64,000 bases of DNA, taken from contig OZ251222.1 in NCBI GenBank assembly GCA_965240325.2, forward strand, positions 4,650,001-4,714,000, read 5' to 3'. The stretch's first letter is position 1. Each line of letters opens with the position of its first letter. The position numbers and the translations under genes are program-made. The notes under the pieces were generated by a model, which was not told the DNA's origin, ran no database searches, and saw nothing but the letters and a program-made list of their open reading frames with translations. Shown here piece after piece: positions 47,736-58,124 of the stretch. Origin of the DNA: Rebecca billardiae RCC1528. Its lineage: Eukaryota; Protista; Haptophyta.

Positions 47736-50700
47736 ATGGGCGTCCCCGCCTTCTTCAAGTGGCTCTCGACCAAGTACCCCAAGGTGGTCGTCGACGTGCT
47801 CGAGGAGCACCAGCAGTGGGTCGACGGCCAGCGGCAGCCGGTGGACACGTCGCAGCCCAACCCGAACGGCATCGAGTTTGACAACCTCTTCCTGGACATG
47901 AACGGCATCATCCACCCGGCGTCGCACCCGGAGGACCGCCCCGCGCCCAAGACCGAGGACGACATGTACCTCTGCATCGCCGAGTACCTCGAGCGCGTGT
48001 TTGCGTGCGTGCGGCCGCGCAAGCTGCTCTTCATGGCGATCGACGGCGTCGCGCCGCGCGCCAAGATGAACCAGCAGCGCTCGCGCCGGTTCAAGTCGGA
48101 CCAGGAGCGGCGCGAGGCGGCGCGCGTCGAGGCCGAGGTCCGCGCCGAGTGGGAGCAGGAGGGTCGCGAGCTCCCCGAGCAGGCCGAGCCGTTCGACTCG
48201 AACGTGATCACGCCGGGCACGCCGTTCATGGACGGGCTCGCGACCTTCCTGCGCGCGTTCGTGTGCCACAAGCAGAGCACGGACGCGGGGTGGCGGCACA
48301 TCCGCGTGATCCTGAGCGACGCCTCCGTCCCCGGCGAGGGCGAGCACAAGATCATGGAGTACATCCGGCAGCAGCGCGCGCAGCCCGGGTACGACGCGTG
48401 CACGCACCACGCGCTGCACGGGCTGGACGCCGACCTGATCATGCTCGCGCTGGCGACGCACGAGCCGTACTTCACGATCGTGCGCGAGTACGTGGGCAAG
48501 GGCAACCGCCAGCCGCCCAAGCGCGGCGCGGACGCGCTCGAGGCGCAGGTCGCCGCGCAGCGCCGCGGCGAGTTTGGCGACGGCGGCGGCGGCGGCGGCG
48601 GCGGCGGCGCGCCGGGCGCGCCGGGCGGCTCCGAGCCCGCGCCCACGCCGTTCCAGTTCCTGCACGTGTACGTGCTGCGCGAGTACCTGCACAAGGAGTT
48701 CTACGAGGCGCGCTTCTGCGCGCCCGACCAGTTCGACCTCGAGCGCTTCATCGACGACTTCATCTTCCTCTGCTTCTTCGTGGGCAACGACTTCCTGCCG
48801 CATGTGCCGTCGCTCGAGATCCGCGAGGGCGCGATCGACACTTTGCTCGAGCTGTACAAGGCGCTGTTCGCGCGGCCGGGCGGCGGCTTCCTGTGCCGCG
48901 GCGCGGAGGTGGACCTGCGCCGCGTCAAGCAGCTCACGTGCGAGATCGCCGCGCTCGAGCCCGAGCTCCTCCGCCGCCGGCGCGAGAACGAGCAGCGCGA
49001 GGAGGCGAGGCGGCAGCAGCGCAAGGTGGAGGTGGCGCAGCGCACCGCCGAGCAGCGCCACCTCTCGCTGCTCGGCGAGATCGCGCAGACGCCGCAGCAG
49101 ATGGCGGAGCTCGCCGCCGCGGCCGGCACCGCCTCGGGCGCGCCGCCGCCCACCAAGCGCGCGCGCTCCGCCGGCGGCGCGCCCATGGCCGCCGCGGGCT
49201 CCTCTGACGACGGGCTGCTGCTCGTCCTTGACCGCATCAAGGAGTACGCGGACAGCGACGCGGACGAGCCGCTCGAGCTGCCCGCGTCGCTCTCGGGGTA
49301 CGAGCGCCGGATGGCGCACCAGTACTGCGACGAGCTCGGCCTCGACCACCCGACCATCGGCTCCGACCCGTACCGCCGCATCGTCCTCAAGAAGCGCCAG
49401 CCGCGCGCGGGCGACGGCGCGAGTGCCGCGTCGCAGCGCACGACGAGCGCGTCCGACTTCAAGGAGAAGCTCAAGTCGATCCTGCGCGAGAACGCGGAGG
49501 TGGCCGAGCCGACGGACACGGTCGAGCTCGGCCGCGACGGCTGGCGCGAGCGGTACTACTCGCAGAAGCTGGGCGAGGGCTGGGAGGGCTCCGTGGGCGA
49601 GATGTGCCGCGCGTACGTGGAGGGGCTGTGCTGGGTGATGGCCTACTACTACGACGGATGCGCGTCGTGGCACTGGTTCTACCCGTTCCACTACGCGCCG
49701 TTCGCGACGGACCTGGCGAGCGCGGTGGACATGGCGGAGATGGACGTGCGCTTCGAGCTGGGCGAGCCCTTCCGCCCGTTCGAGCAGCTGATGGGCGTGC
49801 TGCCGCCCGGCTCTGCGCACGCGCTGCCGCGCGCGATGGCGGAGCTGATGGTCGACAAGACGTCGGCGCTCGCGCACATCTACCCGCTGCAGTTCGACTC
49901 GGACATGAACGGCAAGAAGTTCGCGTGGCAGGCGGTCGTGCTGCTGCCCTTCATCGACCAGGCGCGCGCGCCTGCGCGCGCGCGCGCGCGCGCCTCGGCC
50001 GCGCGCGCTGAGCCATGCCATGCGCGCGCGCGCGCCCGCCCTTCCGCCGCGCTGCCCCGCGCCCCCGCGCCGCGCCCCCGCGCCGCGCCCGCTCGGCTGG
50101 CCGTTTGCGCATGCAGGAGGAGCTGCTCTCCGCGGCGCGCGCGGTGGAGCACACGCTCACGCCGGAGGAGCGGCGTCGCAACAGCGTGGGCGAGACGCTG
50201 GTCTTCGTCTCCGAGCACCACCCGCTCTCCAAGCCGCTCACGCAGCTGCAGCAGGAGGCGCGCGCGCAGGGCGGCGCGGACGCGCCCGCGGCCGCACCCA
50301 GCGGCGGCGCGGCCGCGCGGCGCGTGCAGCTCTCGATGAAGCTCTCAAGAGGTGCACACGCGCGCGCCGCCCGCGCGCACGCACGCCGCGCGCCCGCGCG
50401 CGCACGCGTGCCGCGGCGCCCACGCCCTCCCCGCCCTCCCCGCGCCGCCCCTTTCGCCCCGCGCCACTGCGCCAGGCATGGGCGGCGCCATCTATGCGCT
50501 CGCGCACGCACCGATGATCGGCGAGGTGTGCGCGGCGCCGCCCTTCCGGGGCGAGCGCCAGGCCGACCGGCTGCGCGACTTTGAGACGCGCGCGACGTAC
50601 GGCGGGTACGCGCTGCCGCCGCACGCGCCGCACAAGCCCGTGCTCCTGCCCGGCGTGCAGCTGCCGCGCCCGACGCTCTCGAGCTACGACATGCCGAGCT

Positions 50701-51407
50701 CCACCAAGTTCCTGAGGCCGAGGCGCATCGGCGGGCCCCAGCAGCTCTCAGCAGCGCAGCGCGAGGCGCTGCTGCCGGCCGCGCCGCCGCGCCCGGTGCC
50801 GATGGGCGCGGGGCTCGGGCTGGCCAACCTCGGCGCCGGCCGGGGTGGCCGGGGCGGCGGCGCGCTGGGCATCCTGCCCGCGCCGCCGCCGATGCCGCCG
50901 ATGCCTGGCCGGCTCCCGCACCCGCACCAGTCGCCGCCGCCGAGCGCGCACCCCGCCGGCTGCGGCGGCTCGGCCGCCCCGCCGGCCGGGAGCCTGGCGG
51001 CGCGGTACGCGCTGCCGATGCCGGCCGCGCCGGCCGCGCGCAGCCAGGCCGGTGGCGCACCGCGGTCGGCGCTGCCGCTGCCACCGCCCAACCGCCCGCC
51101 CGCGGGCGGGCAGCGCGCGCCGCCTGCGCCGCCCATCCCGCCGCTCGGGCCCGCGCCTGCGAGCGCGTACGCGCGCGCCGGTCGCGGAGGCGCGGCTGCG
51201 TCCGCCGGCGCGGGCTCGCTGCTGCCACCGCCGCATGCGCGCCCGCCGAGCGCGCCCGCCGGCGCGCGCCTCCTGCCGCCGCCCACGAATGCGGCCAAGC
51301 CGGCCGGGGCGCAGGGCGCGGGCGTGGCCAAGCCGGCGGCGGCAACCTCGGCGGCAAACCAGGCGGCCGCCGCACTGCTGCGCGAGCAGCTGATGAAGAA
51401 GTCGTAG
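47736..51407 (+). CDS. XRN2: 5'-3' exoribonuclease 2 (XRN2/Rat1) with inserted R3H domain; join(47736..49961, 50117..50351, 50476..51407), 1130 aa
   Basis: MGVPAFFKWLS.KYP, NPNGIEFDNLFLDMNGIIHP, AIDGVAPRAKMNQQRSRRF, FDSNVITPGTPFM, PGEGEHKIM, GLDADLIML, FFVGNDFLPH, WFYPFHYAP, DMNGKKFAWQAVVLLPFID. Introns at 49962-50116 (GC-AG) and 50352-50475 (GT-AG). Confidence 0.93.
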
Positions 51408-51821
51408 GGCCGCGGCGGCTGCACGTCTCACTCACGTCGTCTGCGCCGCCTGGGAACTGCAACGCGCAGCCTGAGGCTGCAAGCTGTCCGAACGCGGCCG
51501 CCGGCCGGCGACGCAGACGGGCCCCGATGCCTGACCGGGCTGACGGCGGACGCGGCTCGTCAGCTCGACGTTCCTGCTGGGATAAACGCGGCCTTCGGAA
51601 TCGGAGGCCATGAGCCCGAAGAGCCAACTAGCCAAGAGGCGCAAGAACTGATCATCAGCGGTGTCATCGCACTCGCAGTCGTCGTGACACCGCTGTGTGT
51701 CGCCGGATCTGTCAGTCATAGCATGATCAGTGATTCAGGCTTCAGCACTACCAGTGCCAAGGGCGGTTGACTGAGTAGAGTGACGGCCCGATGTCTGAGC
51801 GCTGAGCCTGGCCGTGCCTGG

Positions 51822-52706
51822 GGCTTGTCCCCTACACCCCTGGCTCGGGGGACGGCTGCCGTGGCGGCCGGTGGGTGCGTGCTCGCCGAGCGTCCTAGCG
51901 GTCGATTGCGGGGCGTTCCGTGGCGGCACGCTGGGCGGGGCGGGCCCCAAGACGTAGGGGAACGTCGACAAAGCAGCCCGCTGATGTCTCTCCTCGCTCG
52001 TCGCCCTTGCGGTTGGCGCGCGCAACCACTTGCGGGCTTGAGCTTGTGCCGAGCGGTCACTTCCTGCCAGCCGACTCGACATGTGGGGAGCCTGGGCGCG
52101 ATGAGATGGCTCGGGGAGGTGGGGGTATGTATGCACAATGTATACGTACACGCGCGCTGGACTTCCGACCCCGCACGCCGCCTGAAAGAGGTCACGTTAG
52201 GCACGCGTCGCGCTCTCGCGTTTCAAACGGTGTGTGCCGCACGACATTTCCAGAGTCACGGATCACTGATCGAGCTGCTTTCCTGGTCGCCCATAGCACA
52301 GATAAGCCTACCCGACTAGCCCCATGCGTGACGGCCGGGTCTTGAGTGCTATGGCACCACTTGTAGCAGCTTCTTGCACGCTAGGCACTGCCACAAGCGC
52401 CGCGAGCCAGCTTCGTGAGCATTTGAACGCAGACACAAGGTGCGGAGGCAGTCTTCAGGGCGTGGCAATGGCATGGGAGTCCGCGTCTAGTGTTGTACAC
52501 GCAATGCGACGGCGCGCACACGCGCGACTACGTGCCACAAGGCCGGTGATACCCGCGAGCCGCCACGCTCACGCGCCCGTCGCTCCTCCAGCCGCCGCTT
52601 GGCGACGCCGCCCGGACTCAGCGACGACACTGGTCGCGGCCTCCCGGAATACAGGGGGGGGGGGGGGGACCTGTATTTACCCGTCCAGGGGTTTAGGAGA
52701 TAAGCC
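51822..52706. mobile_element. Possible non-autonomous PIF/Harbinger-like MITE (885 bp)
   Basis: 22-bp imperfect TIR (19/22): GGCTTGTCCCCTACACCCCTGG at 51822-51843 versus the reverse complement of 52685-52706. TGG lies immediately outside both ends (3-bp TSD candidate). No coding capacity. Confidence 0.5.
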
Positions 52707-52829
52707 TGGGGTGGAGTGAGTCTGTGAGTGAGCTGGGGCGCCATCGTGCGGGGTTTCCGCCGGGCGGAAGAGCTCTGCGCAACCGCCGAGCGCTCCCGCT
52801 GGCGCCGAGTCAATTCACCTGCCGCCGCC

Positions 52830-54170
52830 ATGCGCGGCTACGAGAACGTCGGCGCGGAGCGGGATGAGGAGGCGCGACGACCCGTGGCGCGGCCGTGTTG
52901 TGTCGCCGCAGTGGGAGCTGCGCTCGCGCTCGGGCTTGTGATCGCGCTCGCGCCCCGAGCCTCGCCGCAGCCAGAGAGCAGCGCGCCGGTGGTGGCCGGG
53001 GACGCACGCGTCGAGCAAGCGGGCGCCGCAGCAGAGCCGGCAGAGTCCGCGTCCGCCGCACCGGCGGAGTCCAATTACGACCTCGACGAGAGCGGGTGCA
53101 TCCGGTCGGCCCCGCAGACGTACGACGGGGGCGGCCAGGTCGGCTTTGTGTTTGGCGCGACCGACATCTACGCCAACAAGTTTGCGTTCAAGTGCATCGC
53201 CGCAGTCGAGTCGCTCGTGCGCGTCGGCGGGTGGATGGGGCCGATCTACATCTTCTCGGGCTCGATCTCCGGCTTGCCGTCGCCCTGCTTCGACCAGCGG
53301 CGGCTGCGCGAGACGACGGGCAACCCGAACATCCACGTGCTCGACCACCTGTACAGGCGGATCAAGGCGCTGCCCGGCGCGTTCAACTTTGGCGGCCAGC
53401 TGCTGCGCACGAGCGCCAAGGCGATCAAGGGGCTGATGCTCGACCTGGTGGGCGAGAGCGGGCCGCCGATCCTCATCTTCCACGACTGCGACAAGGTCGT
53501 CGCGCAGCCCGGCTGCGTCGCGGACATGGTGCGGCAGCCGCCCGTGTTCAGCGCGCAGCGGCAGCTGCTGCTCAGCAGGATGGAGGCGCGCTGCCTGCCG
53601 AACGAGGCGGGGCGGTGCGGCGACGGCATCCACACGGGCGTGGTCGCGCTGCACCGCGAGTACTCCCTCCCATTCGCCCGCGCGTGGGCGCGGCACCACC
53701 TGCTCAAGCCCAAGCTGTACGACCGGTACACGCTGTGGCACGCGTGGAACGCGTCCAGGCAGAGGGACGGCTCGCACCTCTGGACCGCCGCAAACCTGAG
53801 CGAGCCGTACCGGGACGTGATGTGGAAGCCGGGCAAGCCGTCGTGCTTCAACCACATCTCGGGCGGGCGCTGCCACGAGTTCGGCCCCCACGCGTCGCGC
53901 CGCTTCATCCAGAAGCTCTGCCTGAAGAGCGAGTACCCACCGCGGTGCAACTCAGAGCTGTACCGGCCGCCGCCGGGCGAGCTCGGGCTCAACTGGTGCG
54001 GCGGCGGGCGGGGGAAGCGCGCGCAGGATCCCGCGACGAGCCGGCCCACTCGGCCGGCCGCGCGGACGCCGCGCAGCCGCCGCCAGCTCGCCCGCGCCTC
54101 CGGGTCCCGAGGGGCCAGGGCGACACCGCGCAGCGCCATGCCGGCCCCTTCGGACGACGATGCGCAATAA
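52830..54170 (+). CDS. Type II membrane protein, putative GT-A glycosyltransferase (446 aa)
   Basis: Short cytosolic tail, TM VAAVGAALALGLVIALA and Ala/Glu/Ser stem. Hydrophobic strand plus DxD (ILIFHDCD), then IHTGVVAL and YDR. Confidence 0.6.
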   Translation: MRGYENVGAERDEEARRPVARPCCVAAVGAALALGLVIALAPRASPQPESSAPVVAGDARVEQAGAAAEPAESASAAPAESNYDLDESGCIRSAPQTYDGGGQVGFVFGATDIYANKFAFKCIAAVESLVRVGGWMGPIYIFSGSISGLPSPCFDQRRLRETTGNPNIHVLDHLYRRIKALPGAFNFGGQLLRTSAKAIKGLMLDLVGESGPPILIFHDCDKVVAQPGCVADMVRQPPVFSAQRQLLLSRMEARCLPNEAGRCGDGIHTGVVALHREYSLPFARAWARHHLLKPKLYDRYTLWHAWNASRQRDGSHLWTAANLSEPYRDVMWKPGKPSCFNHISGGRCHEFGPHASRRFIQKLCLKSEYPPRCNSELYRPPPGELGLNWCGGGRGKRAQDPATSRPTRPAARTPRSRRQLARASGSRGARATPRSAMPAPSDDDAQ

Positions 54171-54573
54171 CGGCGGCATGGTGGAGCATGCGTAGATGCA
54201 TGTCTTGGACGAGCAAAATGCTCGCAGGCGAGGATGCGCTCGACACCCGGAGGGCGGCGAGCAAGCCATTCCTCACGCTGCCAGGAGAGCCGAGCAGGAA
54301 ACGCTGCTCGGTCGTAGCCTACTCGCAATACACCGCGGCAGCCTGCATACTACTAGCCTACACTCTACAGTAATGTACTACGTCTACGTCTCTCGCCTGC
54401 AGCACGACCGACGGCCGCCCTACGGCTAGGTGAGGGGCGCGTTGGTCGTGCTGCAACAGCCGGCCGGCCTCCGGTGGAAAGCACGTCCGCGGGACGACTG
54501 GCCGTCAGACCGAGGCGAGACCGATCTTTGTCGTGCGCACGTGTTACAGCAGCAGCATCCTCGGAAAGGACGC

Positions 54574-55494
54574 ATGTCAACGGGTGCAGGCGGGCAGGGC
54601 CCGGGATGCACGAATGCCTACGAGCGCGCGGCACGCACGGACTCGTCCGTTGTGCGCGACGATGCTTCTGGGATCAACATGGACGTCGTCGCCCTCTTCA
54701 AGCGCCTGGCGTCCGACGAGACGGATCCCTTCCGGAGACACAAGCAGGAAATGATGCGCGTGTTCGCGTCCCGCCTGCGAGCCCACCCCAGACCGACCGT
54801 GGTCGACATTGGCTGCGGCGCCGGCCTTGATCTCGAGCTGCTCCGGCCGGAGCTGGACGATGGCGCGCAGCTCGTAGGCGTGGACAAGATGGGCGCCGCG
54901 CTGGCCGCAGGGCGTGAATTGCACCCGTTGATCAGGTTCATCGAGGCCGACGCCCTCCATCTGCCGATCGAGCCGGGCTCGGCGGACGGCGCATGCGCCT
55001 CGCGGCTGCTCTTCCACGTGGCGCAGCTCGACGCAGCGCTCGACTCGATCGTGCGCGTCCTCAGACCGGGCGGCGCCGGGCTGCTCTGCGAGGGAGACAC
55101 GCGCGCGATGCAGGTTCTGTGCGCCTCAGACGCCGTCGGGCGGGCCGCCGCTGCGCGGGCTGCGGCCATGGAAAAGGCTGTCGCCAATCCACACGCCGCC
55201 GTGTGTGCATACGAGGCGTTGTTGCGCCGATCTGACGTGACAGACGTGTCGCTGCGTGCAAGCACCATCATCGCATTCGACTCGCACCGCCCGGTGGGAA
55301 CGGACGCCATGATCCTTGCGAGTGACCAGCAGTTCATCGCGGCAAGTGTGCAGCGGGGTGCCCTCGCGCAGCCGGACGCAGACGCCTATCTGGCCGCCAT
55401 GCGACGCGAGGAGGGCGCGCCCAGCCTGGTGCAGCTGGCCACACTCTTCGAGGTCTCGTTCACCAAGACAGACGACGGGCTGCGGGCGTCATGA
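54574..55494 (+). CDS. Class I SAM-dependent methyltransferase (~306 aa)
   Basis: Motif I VVDIGCGAG, LVGVD, FIEADALHLP..PGSADG and IVRVLRPGG. Start codon uncertain. Confidence 0.85.
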   Translation: MSTGAGGQGPGCTNAYERAARTDSSVVRDDASGINMDVVALFKRLASDETDPFRRHKQEMMRVFASRLRAHPRPTVVDIGCGAGLDLELLRPELDDGAQLVGVDKMGAALAAGRELHPLIRFIEADALHLPIEPGSADGACASRLLFHVAQLDAALDSIVRVLRPGGAGLLCEGDTRAMQVLCASDAVGRAAAARAAAMEKAVANPHAAVCAYEALLRRSDVTDVSLRASTIIAFDSHRPVGTDAMILASDQQFIAASVQRGALAQPDADAYLAAMRREEGAPSLVQLATLFEVSFTKTDDGLRAS

Positions 55495-55782
55495 CTCGCT
55501 GCGCGCGCTACTGACGATGCCACTGAGTCCGATGCGCCACTGAGTCCGAGGCCCGCTCCGCGGCTCCGCGCGGCTCCGCCCGGTCGGAGTAGCGGTGACG
55601 AGTGACGGACGCCACCGATCACCGATGCTTCGCCGTTGCCGAGTTACAAACTACAAGTACAAGTGCTGCGCGCGAGTACTGACTGTCTGACTCACTGAGT
55701 TACACTCTTACAGTCTCAGCGTCTCAGCAGGCGGGCGAGTCTGAGTCACGTACTGCTATACTAGAAGTGCGCCGCCGCGCTA

Positions 55783-57712
55783 CCAGGTCGTTCCCCCTGC
55801 ACTGGGAATCCGCGGTTTGGACATACGAGAAAAACAGCCGCAGGACGCACCCGTCGCTACCCGCGAATAAGATTTTCAGGTCTCGCGGGTGCGGATGTGC
55901 GTCAATCGATGAGCTGGTCTCGCAATCCCAAAATTGAGCCGCAATGAGATAGATGGTGCAGGGAGCCCCCGGCCGGTGGCGGCTCGGCAGGCGAGGGCCG
56001 ACCAAATCTTGACCTTTGCCCTCGGCGGCAGGGCGGGCAGGCGAAGGCGGCCGAGCGCCGTTGGCGGCCGGCGCGCCCGGGGCACGGCGCTGCGGGCGCG
56101 GATGTGCTCGCGGAGCCGGCTTGCGTGGACAGGCTGTTGCGGGAGAGTATATGGCGCCCTCCTGCGCCGCGCGTCTCGCGCCACGCCTCTTTTCGCCGCG
56201 GCTCAGGGCAGCGCGCACGCGCGCGCCGCCTCGGAGGCCAGGGCCGCACCGTGCCCGCGCCGCAGCCGCAACCGCGCGCGCGCCGTGCGCGGCGTGGTCG
56301 GGAAGGAACGGGGGGTGCTGCCGGGCGAGATGACGACATCATGTGCGCACGCCATGCCGCCCCGCGGCGCCGCGAAAGGGCACGATAACGGATCCGCACA
56401 GCTGTTGACGAGTGCTGATTTCTTGTCGTGCCTGAAGCCAGACCTCGGAGCTCGAAGAAGATGATGAAAGTGCATCCGCGCGAGGAAAGCGTCGCACCCA
56501 GCACTTCTACACGACCACGTGGTGATGAACATTCATGTAAGAGTATCCCGCGTGCCCGCTTGGCACTGTTCTGTGTCTCAATGATCGTCCCGGCAAGGGT
56601 CACGACCGCGAGGCCGTGGCACACCATTCATAGTGTGACAACTCGAAGAGGCGTGCAAACGGACCAGCGACACGCTCGGCAAGGCGTGGCGGGGCGGCAT
56701 GGCGTGCGCACATGATATCGCCATCTCGCCCGGCAGCCGTGCCCGTTCCTTCCCGACCACGCCGCGCACGGCGCGCACGCGGTCGGCTGCGGCGCAGGCA
56801 AGGCTGGCCTTGAGGCGACGCGCCGCGTGCGCGCTGCCCTGAGCCGAGGCGAAAGAGGCGTGGCGCAAGTCGCGCGGTGCAGGAGGGCGGCAGATACTCT
56901 CCCACAACAGCCCGTCCACGCACGCCGGCTCCGCAAGCACATCCGCGCCCGCAGCGCCCTGGCCCGGGCGCGGCCCCCGGCAGCGGTCACGACCGCGAGG
57001 CCGCGTGCACACCATTTGTGACAACTCGAAGAGGCGTGCAAATGGACCAGCGACACGCTCGGCAAGGCGTGGCGGGGCGGCATGGCGTGCGCACATGATA
57101 TCGCCATCTCGCCCGGCAGCCGCGCCCGTTCCTTCCCGACCACGCCGCGCACGGCGCGCGCGCGGTCGGCTGCGGCGCAGGCCGAAGGCTGGCCCCGGAG
57201 GCGGCGCGCGCGTGCGCGCTGCCCTGAGCCGAGGCGAAAGAGGCGTGGCGCAAGTCGCGCGGCGCAGGAGGGCGGCAGATACTCTCCCGCAACAGCCCGT
57301 CCACGCACGCCGGCTCCGCAAGCACATCCGCGCCCCCCAGCGCCGGGCCAGCTGCATCGCACTCGCCGCCCGGCCGCAGGCGCAGGGGGCGGGTCAGAAT
57401 CGGTGCTCCGCACCCGCGGGAGGGCTCCCGCCTCCGCGGTTGCACGCGAAGAACTCATTTCCAGCGCCTCGATTTCGTGAGCGGACTATCGCTGACGAGG
57501 CTGATTACTGCGTTCCACGGCTTTGCCGCGCTCGGGATTTGGGTTCTCTAATGGATGGATGTACTTTCGTCATTTTCAATTGGAAACCTCGATTAGATCG
57601 TTCAAGTGGTCTGATAGAGCAAGCGGAAGAATAAATCTGCGTTGCTATGCCGCGGCCTCGTGCTCTGAATAGTGCGAAACCGCGGATTCCCAGTGCAGGG
57701 GGAACGACCTGG
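55783..57712. mobile_element. Non-autonomous Tc1/mariner-type DNA transposon (1930 bp), perfect 36-bp TIRs, TA target duplication
   Basis: CCAGGTCGTTCCCCCTGCACTGGGAATCCGCGGTTT at 55783-55818 and its exact reverse complement at 57677-57712. TA at 55781-82 and 57713-14. No transposase ORF. Confidence 0.88.
56070..57335. repeat. Internal repeats of the transposon: 387-bp tandem duplication plus one inverted copy
   Basis: ~56598-56985 repeats at ~56985-57335. ~56070-56365 is a diverged reverse complement of the same unit. Confidence 0.9.
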
Positions 57713-57721
57713 TACTTATTA

Positions 57722-57768
<47 letters not shown>
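57722..57768. repeat. (TA)n microsatellite
   Basis: Pure TA run just beyond the right TIR. Confidence 0.97.
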
Positions 57769-57771
<3 letters not shown>

Positions 57772-57850
57772 CATTAATATTTAAGTACAGCACGGCTAGC
57801 CGCTACAGCGCAGCAGCAGCATATTATTATGCTCAGCGCCATCATCACAG

Positions 57851-57922
57851 TGATAGCGCATTATATTGATGCATGATGAGCATGATTGATAGCGCATTAT
57901 ATTGATGCATGATGAGCATGAT
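57851..57922. repeat. 36-bp tandem duplication
   Basis: TGATAGCGCATTATATTGATGCATGATGAGCATGAT present twice. Confidence 0.9.
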
Positions 57923-58124
57923 CGAATATATCTCGGCCGGCGAGGAGACAGGAGTCCTGACAGTCCTGGACTCAGTCCACTCCGCTGAGGAGTTCCAGGC
58001 AGTGCGTCAGTGACATTCTGCATATTCAAATCACACCGTCGCGGATCGATGTAGTCCGCGCCGCCTACTGAGTAGTACTAATACTGCTCGGGATCGTCTT
58101 AATTATATTGCCCGACGCGGCGGC

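Noticed and set aside
35857-51627. Many long overlapping Arg/Ala-rich ORFs antisense to or out of frame with real genes
   Set aside because: Expected at this GC content; they have no motifs and overlap well-supported genes.
52688-52697. Telomere-like GGGTTTAGG
   Set aside because: Single unit, explained as part of the MITE-like TIR.
55724-57634. ORFs inside the TIR element as a transposase
   Set aside because: They are translations of the internal repeats, with no DDE/D or HTH motifs.
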